64,000 bases of DNA from Acidobacteriota bacterium (GTDB lineage: Bacteria; Actinomycetota; Acidimicrobiia; ATN3). The stretch lies in the NCBI GenBank assembly GCA_003577105.1, contig QEUQ01000004.1, forward strand, positions 22,156 to 86,155, in the 5' to 3' direction. How positions within the stretch are numbered: position 1 is the stretch's first letter; each line of letters opens with the position of its first letter. Made by a program: the position numbers and the translations under genes. The notes under the pieces are model-generated. The model saw only the letters and a program-made list of their open reading frames with translations. It made no database searches and was not told the DNA's origin. Shown piece by piece: positions 57,638 to 64,000 of this stretch.

Positions 57638-58579
57638 ATGGCCAAGACGCGCAGTGAACCGAGCGAGCACGAAGATCTACTCGGTCAGTACCTGAAGGAG
57701 ATCGGTCAGCACCCCCTGCTGACCCAGGCAGACGAAGTCGTGCTCGCCAAGGCCATTGAGGCCGGCGTAGAGGCCCAAGAACGCCTCGACGATTCCGATA
57801 CCAAGAAGACTCGCGACGAGACAATCAAGCTCAAAAGGGTTGCACGTGAAGGTGAGGCTGCCCGCAAGCGATTCCTTGAATCCAACCTTCGCCTAGTGGT
57901 CTCGATCGCCAAGAAGTACACGAACTCTTCGGGTATGCCCCTCCTCGATCTGATCCAAGAAGGCAACCTTGGCCTCATGAGGGCAGTTGAGAAGTTCGAC
58001 TACCGACGAGGTTTCAAGTTCTCGACTTACGCGACGTGGTGGATTCGTCAGGCAATCACCCGCGCAATAGCTGACAAGTCACGTGTGATTCGTGTGCCGG
58101 TTCACATGACCGAGGTGGTTACCAAGCTCAATCAGGCACGTGCTCGCCTTGAGCTCGAACTTGGCCGCAGGCCCACAGAAGATGAACTGGCTGAAGCGAC
58201 TCAGCTACCCGTAGAGAAGGTCCGTCTCGCCCTCGAGTCTATTTATGACGTCGGTTCAATCCACGAGACCGTGGGCGAAGAAGATGAGACCGAGCTCGAG
58301 GACTTCATCGAGGATCCAGACGCCGCCAAACCGTTAGACGAGGCGGTTCTAGCAGCGCAAAAAGACGAGATACGCAAGATCCTTCAAGTCCTCAAGCCAC
58401 GAGAGCGCGCAATTCTTGAACTACGCTTCGGCCTTGACAGCGGCGAAGAGCGCACACTCGAAGAAGTTGGGAAGTCCTTCGGGCTGACAAGGGAACGCAT
58501 CCGCCAGATTGAGGCCAAGGCACTCTCGAAGCTTCGCCACCCGTCAATGGGTACTCTGGTAATCGAGCAAGCTTCGTAG
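57638..58579 (+). CDS. RNA polymerase sigma-70 family factor (group 1/2, SigA/SigB-like, short N-terminus)
   Basis: Regions 1.2-4: '[15 protein letters not shown]', '[36 protein letters not shown]', '[20 protein letters not shown]'. Confidence 0.9.
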   Translation: MAKTRSEPSEHEDLLGQYLKEIGQHPLLTQADEVVLAKAIEAGVEAQERLDDSDTKKTRDETIKLKRVAREGEAARKRFLESNLRLVVSIAKKYTNSSGMPLLDLIQEGNLGLMRAVEKFDYRRGFKFSTYATWWIRQAITRAIADKSRVIRVPVHMTEVVTKLNQARARLELELGRRPTEDELAEATQLPVEKVRLALESIYDVGSIHETVGEEDETELEDFIEDPDAAKPLDEAVLAAQKDEIRKILQVLKPRERAILELRFGLDSGEERTLEEVGKSFGLTRERIRQIEAKALSKLRHPSMGTLVIEQAS

Positions 58580-58612
58580 CCGGCCGAAGCCACCCCTGGG
58601 GAGGTACAACCG

Positions 58613-59329
58613 ATGCCGACTTGCACCTTCTGCGGATCGGTCAATTCACCCGAGGCCTCCCGCTGCACACTTTGCGATCAGGTGCTAGTCAAAGAGACTG
58701 GTCCAAGCAAGGCTGATCAAGCCACCGGTGCCAGGACGTCACGCTACGGCGGCGCCACAACATCGGACGATTCCCGCCCTCCCCCCGGATGGGGTCCCGC
58801 AGAACCGGAGGCTCCTCCACCAGGATGGGGAACCGCGGATTCTTCGAGCTACGGCACTCGAGCACCGGTTGCGAGACGCAACTACGACGCGCCCAAGAAG
58901 AAGAAGCGCAAGGGCGGGGCCTCAGCAGGGGCAATCCTCGGAAACCTCCGGGTCCTGGCCATTGTCATCGTGGTTGGTGTGCTGATTTTTCTTGGCGCCA
59001 AGTCGCAGTTCGGGGGGGAATCGCTGAGTGTTGCGCTTGTCACGGGCTCCGATGTCGCCGTAACCGGAACCTTTGAGGTCCTCGACGAGAGCGAGAACGT
59101 CATCGGCTCGACCGAAATCGGTGACGCCGGATCGAAGTGCGGATCAGGACGGCTCTCGAACTTCAAGGTCAAGGCCAAGGGCGCCAAAGAGTACTACTTC
59201 AGATACAACGGAGTGACCGCAGGGCCGCTAGATGCCGCCGCGGTCAAAGCCAACGATCGAAATGTCACAATCAACGAGACGACGCGCGGCCTTGTGGCAA
59301 CGACGGATCGCCCGCGGGCCTGTCTGTAG
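58613..59329 (+). CDS. Zinc-ribbon membrane protein, unknown function
   Basis: 'CTFCGSVNSPEASRCTLCD' ribbon, one transmembrane segment, Pro/Gly-rich linker. Confidence 0.4.
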   Translation: MPTCTFCGSVNSPEASRCTLCDQVLVKETGPSKADQATGARTSRYGGATTSDDSRPPPGWGPAEPEAPPPGWGTADSSSYGTRAPVARRNYDAPKKKKRKGGASAGAILGNLRVLAIVIVVGVLIFLGAKSQFGGESLSVALVTGSDVAVTGTFEVLDESENVIGSTEIGDAGSKCGSGRLSNFKVKAKGAKEYYFRYNGVTAGPLDAAAVKANDRNVTINETTRGLVATTDRPRACL

Positions 59330-59345
59330 TCGAGGCGCGAAAGAC

Positions 59346-59372
59346 CCCGCCTCTGCGGGCGGGGTCTAAAGC
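59346..59372. terminator. Bidirectional intrinsic-terminator-like hairpin between convergent genes
   Basis: 'agaccccgcc tctgc gggcggggtct', a perfect 10-bp GC-rich stem. Confidence 0.5.
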
Positions 59373-60736
59373 ACCAGAATCGCAACCACCACAATGATTA
59401 CAAGAACAACGACTGCGACTCCGATGAGCAGCATCTTCGAGTTCCCACCCGGTCCAGCTCCGCCCACCGAAGTTTTCTTGCCGGCCGATGCGGCCCCGGC
59501 GCTCCAAGTGGGACCAGCTGTACTTCTCGATGTTTCGCCGTAGGCGCCTGGCGGAATGGCAGTACCGGCAGTTGGCGGGGCAGGCTGGCCAGCCATCGGA
59601 GGTGCCATGCCGGGGGGGCCACCAGCCATCGGAGGCGCCATGCCGGGGGGGCCACCAGCCATCGGAGGTGCCATGCCGGGGGGGCCACCGACGACAGGAG
59701 GCGCCATGCCGGGAGGTCCACCGACGACAGGCGGCGCCATGCCGGGAGGGCCACCGACGACAGGTGGCGCCATGCCAGGGGGGCCACCCTGCAGCTGATC
59801 ATCGATGGGTGGGGCCATGCCGGGAGGACCAGCTGGAATCTCGGTCGACTCCCACGGCGGGGGCTCGGCCTCGACACTCTCCGACGAGCTCTCGAAGAAG
59901 AAGCTGTACCGGTCAGGTGACTCATCACGGCCAAGCTGAAACGCCTCGGCGAGAGCCACGGCATCTGGGCGATCCTCGGGATCCTTTGACAGCGCCAACG
60001 ACAGGGTCGGTCTGAGCCCGCCTCCAATCGGCAATTCGCTCAAGTCGAGATCTTCCTTGACGGTCTTGGTCAAGATCTCCCGCACGTCATCGCCGGTGAA
60101 CGGGTCCTCACCGGTCAGCGCATAAACAAAGACGCATGCGGCAGCGAAAATGTCACTGGCCGGCGTTGCGTCTTTGCCGAGGATCTGCTCGGGTGCCATG
60201 TATCCAGGGGTGCCAAGGAGTGGTTCGTCGGCCTGGACCTTCGAGGCCACCGCCATCTGGGCAAGCCCGAAGTCAAGGACCTTGGCGGTTCCACCGGTGA
60301 TCATCACGTTCTCAGGCTTGATGTCGCGATGCACCATGCCGCGCTCGTGGGCTGCAGCTAAGCCTTTGCACATCGCCTCGAGGTAGGTGCACGCATCTTT
60401 GAGGTCAAGCGCACCACCGCCAGGGGAATCAACTATGTCGCGAAGGGTGTCACCTACGACATATTCCATGACGATGTAGGGAGGGCTGCCATCTACGACG
60501 TCATAGAGGGTCACGACGTTGGGATGCTGCAGGTTCGCCGCGGCCCTGGCCTCTATCAGAAACCGTTGAATCGCCTGCGTCGCTCCGAGTGGTGCGTCCT
60601 CGCCCATGTCAAGAGAGAGCTGTTTGATGGCCACATCTCGATGCAACAGGCCGTCACGCGCATGGTAGACGACTCCCATGCCGCCCCGGCCAAGTTCACC
60701 AATGATTTGGTATCGCTGCTTTAGGTCGTCGCTCAC
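59366..60736 (-). CDS. Ser/Thr protein kinase with C-terminal Pro-rich repeat region and transmembrane anchor
   Basis: 'IGELGRGGMGVVY', 'HRDIKPENVM', 'DFGLA', 'GTPGYMAPE' Hanks motifs; 7x 'GGPPGMAPPVVG' repeats; C-terminal transmembrane segment. Confidence 0.85.
   Translation of the reverse strand: MSDDLKQRYQIIGELGRGGMGVVYHARDGLLHRDVAIKQLSLDMGEDAPLGATQAIQRFLIEARAAANLQHPNVVTLYDVVDGSPPYIVMEYVVGDTLRDIVDSPGGGALDLKDACTYLEAMCKGLAAAHERGMVHRDIKPENVMITGGTAKVLDFGLAQMAVASKVQADEPLLGTPGYMAPEQILGKDATPASDIFAAACVFVYALTGEDPFTGDDVREILTKTVKEDLDLSELPIGGGLRPTLSLALSKDPEDRPDAVALAEAFQLGRDESPDRYSFFFESSSESVEAEPPPWESTEIPAGPPGMAPPIDDQLQGGPPGMAPPVVGGPPGMAPPVVGGPPGMAPPVVGGPPGMAPPMAGGPPGMAPPMAGGPPGMAPPMAGQPAPPTAGTAIPPGAYGETSRSTAGPTWSAGAASAGKKTSVGGAGPGGNSKMLLIGVAVVVLVIIVVVAILVL
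59585..59790 (-). repeat. Seven tandem 36-bp repeats (encode GGPPGMAPP(V/M)(V/A)G) within the kinase gene
   Basis: Visible directly as a repeating 'atgccggg(g/a)gggccaccagccatcggagg(t/c)gcc' unit. Confidence 0.8.
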
Positions 60737-60925
60737 GCGTCTCTCTTAGTCGCATCTCCAATAGAGGGCACGCCACGACGCGAACGAGAACAAAGCCTCC
60801 CCGTAAGCGGCGACGCCCCCTGAATGCGTCCCCTGCATTTCTCTAGGCTACCGAAAAGCGTCGGCCGCTAGTGGGAATACCTTGAGTTTTAAGCTATCCA
60901 AGCACCGACAGCGAAGCGGCCACTC

Positions 60926-61653
60926 CTACCCAGCTACTTCAATTGGGATGGGCGGTCCGGCTGAAGTCTTGCCGTCCAAAAGAACAAAGATCTGATATCG
61001 CCCAGGCTTGACGTTTGACGGCAGCACCAGATCGACATCATATTCGCAGGTGGGAGCTGATTTTGCCTTCCCTGCGCCGAGGTACTTGGCGAACGGGCTC
61101 GCAGCTGGTGCGCCTTCCTTCTCGAGCAGCGCGACCACCATGGGCTCGCCGGGACTTGACGCCCCCGAGAGCCTGAAGCCCTCCCCTGGCCGGATGCGAG
61201 AGGCCGAAGCGATTGGGTGAGTGAAGCCTCGCGGGTAGTTGCACTGGACAGCTCCGTCGCCTGCGCAGCCTTGCCCGCAATCAACAACCACCTCGATAGT
61301 CGTACCGGGTGGCAGTTGATCTGAGACCGGCGGGGACTGCGAGATGACCTTTGAGGCTGCAGCCTTTGCCGGATCTGCCGGAGTTCCATCTGCTAGCACG
61401 GGTCTGACCTCGAAGCCTCGCTTGGCGAGGTCCGCCGCAAGGTCCGCATAGGTCCCGGTGGCGGGCGGCTGCGACGTCTGAGTCGCGTCGGGACTGCGAG
61501 GCGCAGGCTCAGCTGTCTTGGTCAGGTCGGGGCCAGCGCTTGAGCCGGTCGCAACGCGCGGCTCATCTGCACGCCCCACGAAGACTGCGATGACGAGTGC
61601 GGCCGCGACTGCAATCGCAACCACGATCACTCCCCACCGACCTGTCTTGTCCA
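60926..61653 (-). CDS. Membrane-anchored protein with a PASTA-like extracellular domain
   Basis: Transmembrane helix 'WGVIVVAIAVAAALVIAVFV' then 'YADLAADLAKRGFEV...ISQSPP...GTTIEVVV' (PASTA-like); internal Met at 61653 preferred. Confidence 0.4.
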
Positions 61654-61835
61654 TTCCTCGAGCCCTTCCTAAGCCGATCTTCCCTGATAGTACGCATCGG
61701 CGTTGCACGGCGCGAGCAATACAACCGAGAATTGGCCTTCAACGGAGCAATCTCGCGCCACTTCGGCGCAGCACAGGAGTTGGGGCGGTAGCAGTGGCGA
61801 CGCCGGTCATCAAAATCCATTCGCGCCGGGCGCGC

Positions 61836-63134
61836 CGCCTTTGGCTACGCGAGCCTAACGCCGTGTTGGCCAGCCTTCAGTATGACTTCGACGAAGGTGC
61901 GATCGACGCCCCGGGCATGTCACTGCTCTCGTGGCTCGCCTTTACCACAGGCGGCGACCTCATCCTTGCCGAACACGCAGCGCGGCGAGCTATTGACCTG
62001 GACCCGGCCTCGCGCTTCGCCGCCGCCACGTTGTCCGAAATCTTGCGGTACCGCTCGGACTTCGACGGTGCAGTTGAAGTGCTCCGCAAAGCTCGGGCGG
62101 CAAACCCTGGAATCGCCTGGTATGACCTCTCGCTTGCCGACGCACTAATCGATGCCAAGCGATACGAGGAGGCAACGTGGGTACTCGAGGAGGCCGTCGA
62201 GAGCCCAGATCTGAAACGTCACGCATTGAAGCGGCTGGCCCGAATCTCACTGGACAAGGGCGAGATTGAGGTCGCAATTCAATGGCAGTCGGCCCTGATT
62301 GACCTCGCACCCAACTATCTCGTCTACGCGAACGACTACCTGACACTTGCAGAGCTGTACTCGGGAAACGGAGACAGCGAGCTAGCCGAAGCTGTATTGC
62401 GGAAGGCTCAGGGGATATATCCCAGGAACGAAGAGATTTCCGAGGCGCTTGGTGAGCCCGCACCCGTCGCGGCTGCCCGCCCTCGCTTCGACGAAGATGC
62501 GGCTGGGGTGAGACGGATTCCCGTAAGAACCCCACTGATCACATCCCGCTCTGACTTGATCTCGGTTGTAGATGCTGCGACGACTTCGATCCGAAGGCCG
62601 GGTGACATCATTGCGGTCTCGGAAAGTCCGGCGGCCGCCTCGCAAGGGCGAGTGCTACCCCTCGAGCTCATCAAGCCTTCGTTGATCGCAAAGATTCTCT
62701 GCAGATACGTTGGCAAGATCGGGCCGCTTCACAGCCCCGCGGGCATGCAGGGGGCGATTCTCGACGTCGGCGCGACGAGGGTTCTAGCGGGCGCCGTTGC
62801 CGGCGCTTTCGGGAAGCTGATGGGGCGCAAGGGGTGGTTCTACAAGATCGCAGGTCCGTCGACGGCGATGATCGACGATGTCGCGGCCTGCCTCCCGCCC
62901 TTGGACCACCATGTGATTTTCGGCCCGAGCCAGCCCGACAGCCTTGCCAGCCGGCTCGCCGGTGCGCTCGGCTGCGAAGTGGCAATTGTCGACGCCAATC
63001 ACCTGACAGGTGCATGGGTGGTAGGCGCATCTGACGGCGTCAACCGCTCATGGGTCGAAGAGGTCCTCGCTGACAACCCCGCGGGCAACGAAGATGAGCA
63101 GACCCCGGTTGTCGTTATTCAGTCTCTGAACTGA
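61836..63134 (+). CDS. TPR-repeat protein with C-terminal F420-0:gamma-glutamyl ligase (CofE)-like domain (tentative)
   Basis: N-terminal TPR-like helices. C-terminal 'IIAVSESPAAASQGRVLPLELIKPS...MIDDVAAC...' resembles the F420-ligase family; start uncertain. Confidence 0.35.
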   Translation, partial: RLWLREPNAVLASLQYDFDEGAIDAPGMSLLSWLAFTTGGDLILAEHAARRAIDLDPASRFAAATLSEILRYRSDFDGAVEVLRKARAANPGIAWYDLSLADALIDAKRYEEATWVLEEAVESPDLKRHALKRLARISLDKGEIEVAIQWQSALIDLAPNYLVYANDYLTLAELYSGNGDSELAEAVLRKAQGIYPRNEEISEALGEPAPVAAARPRFDEDAAGVRRIPVRTPLITSRSDLISVVDAATTSIRRPGDIIAVSESPAAASQGRVLPLELIKPSLIAKILCRYVGKIGPLHSPAGMQGAILDVGATRVLAGAVAGAFGKLMGRKGWFYKIAGPSTAMIDDVAACLPPLDHHVIFGPSQPDSLASRLAGALGCEVAIVDANHLTGAWVVGASDGVNRSWVEEVLADNPAGNEDEQTPVVVIQSLN

Positions 63135-64000
63135 CGACACTCGCCGCGATCTTCGCGGCCTCAACTGCCCTCTCGACGCTCAGAGCTTGGTGCACCGGCA
63201 AGGCGATCAGCTCCGAGCGAACCTGCCTGAGGTCCTCGTAGCCTTCTAGTAAGGGATGTGCCACGGGCCAAATCTCGATTGCCCTCACTCCCCTGCCCCA
63301 CAAGCCCTTCATGACTGCGTCGCGGCGCTTGACCCTGATTGGCACGTATAGCGGGCAAGTGCCATCCGGAAGGGCCCGATATGCCGGTTGCACCAAGTCA
63401 GCCAAGACCTCGGCCGCCGCAACGAAATTCTCCCTGCGCCGCTCCCGAATTGCCGCGGCGTCGGCCCGGCGAAGGGCCCGACCGGTGAGCCGTGAAGGCT
63501 CGGCCGCGGCAGCCCTCAAGTCTGCTTCGGTCAGATTCCACTCGCCGATAACCGTCTCAGTCATCGTCCCGGCCTCCGCGGCCCGGCCGGTAGCGCTGAC
63601 TCGCTCCAGGACCGCTCCTGCAACTGCCGATATTGGCGCGAACCCTGAAAGCGCCGCCCGATTGAGGATGAGCGAGGCTAGTGCCCGGCGGCTCTGGGCC
63701 CGAAGTTCGGGCTGATCAATGTCTCCGCTGACCACGAGCGCACCGCCGTCTGGTACGCCGAGGCTCTTGCGGGGGCAGAAGATGGCTGCATCGGCCCCGT
63801 TGCCAAGTGGCCTCCCAGATGGCGACGAGGAGAAGAGCCCGTGAGCGACGTCTTCAATGACGATCTTCCCGGCGCTCCTAGCTTCTTCGTAGGGGGTCGG
63901 AAATCCGAAGTTCGAGATCAGGTACAGGGCGTCACAGCCTCGCGCGACTTCGGTCATGTGATCGACATCAACTTCGAGGTCTGAACTGACCCGGTAGAAC
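63115..64000 (-). CDS. DegT/DnrJ/EryC1/StrS-family PLP-dependent aminotransferase (N-terminus beyond the window end)
   Basis: 'VIEDVAHGLFS...GADAAIFCPRKSLGVPDGGALV' (conserved Lys region). Only the C-terminal ~60% lies in the window. Confidence 0.55.
   Translation of the reverse strand, partial: FYRVSSDLEVDVDHMTEVARGCDALYLISNFGFPTPYEEARSAGKIVIEDVAHGLFSSSPSGRPLGNGADAAIFCPRKSLGVPDGGALVVSGDIDQPELRAQSRRALASLILNRAALSGFAPISAVAGAVLERVSATGRAAEAGTMTETVIGEWNLTEADLRAAAAEPSRLTGRALRRADAAAIRERRRENFVAAAEVLADLVQPAYRALPDGTCPLYVPIRVKRRDAVMKGLWGRGVRAIEIWPVAHPLLEGYEDLRQVRSELIALPVHQALSVERAVEAAKIAASVVSSETE

Noticed and set aside
1-64000. CRISPR arrays, rRNA genes and tRNA genes across the whole window
   Set aside because: No regularly spaced short direct repeats with unique spacers. 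All tandem repeats found are coding (kinase linker, secreted repeat protein, DRN triplet in vapC). No rRNA- or tRNA-like conserved segments were seen.

Overview
This is a high-GC window that looks actinobacterial and reads as an accessory / defence island sitting between housekeeping genes. No rRNA, tRNA or CRISPR array was recognised. I could not run any searches; product calls are from motifs I recognise by eye.

Layout, start to end:
- 1-3.5 kb, ordinary genes: the C-terminus of an alpha/beta-hydrolase-like gene, a GH2 glycosidase and queF.
- 4-15.5 kb: a dense block of type II toxin-antitoxin (TA) pairs (higBA-like, hicAB, vapBC x2, relE/parE-like) with a truncated HNH gene, a duplicated 5' fragment of a methyltransferase gene, an IS256-family transposase fragment and one complete IS256-family element with inverted repeats. 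A molybdopterin oxidoreductase and an HD-domain hydrolase lie among them.
- 15.7-21.4 kb: two unknown gene pairs (one contains a trypsin-like protease) and a complete ISL3 transposase.
- 21.7-40.3 kb: a long minus-strand defence block. In transcription order it is (a) a DISARM class-1-like module: a 1781-aa DEAH helicase fused to a DUF1998-like domain (as in DrmA+DrmB) with a DUF559-like nuclease tail, then an SNF2 helicase, then a 1284-aa Eco57I/PglX-type N6-adenine methyltransferase; (b) a GmrSD-like DUF262/DUF1524 protein fused to an AlbA_2/Schlafen-like domain; (c) an SbcD/SbcC-like nuclease-ATPase pair followed by two unknown genes.
- 40.8-42.4 kb, divergent from the DISARM operon: an HTH+ImmA/IrrE metallopeptidase gene with a DUF4411 PIN-like partner.
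- 42.4-55.2 kb: a Tat-secreted protein with four ~100-aa tandem repeats, a SEC-C-domain protein, two more hicAB pairs, another vapBC and another higBA-like pair, lipoproteins, and short 3'-end remnants of hicB and higA.
- 55.4-64 kb, housekeeping again: a YyaL-type thioredoxin-domain protein, a sigma-70 factor, a Ser/Thr kinase with 7 tandem 36-bp proline-rich repeats, a PASTA-like membrane protein, a TPR-CofE-like fusion and a partial DegT-family aminotransferase.

A short motif, TTGTCA(C/T)ACCCC, recurs at least seven times about 20-70 bp upstream of toxin genes and of the DISARM-like operon.
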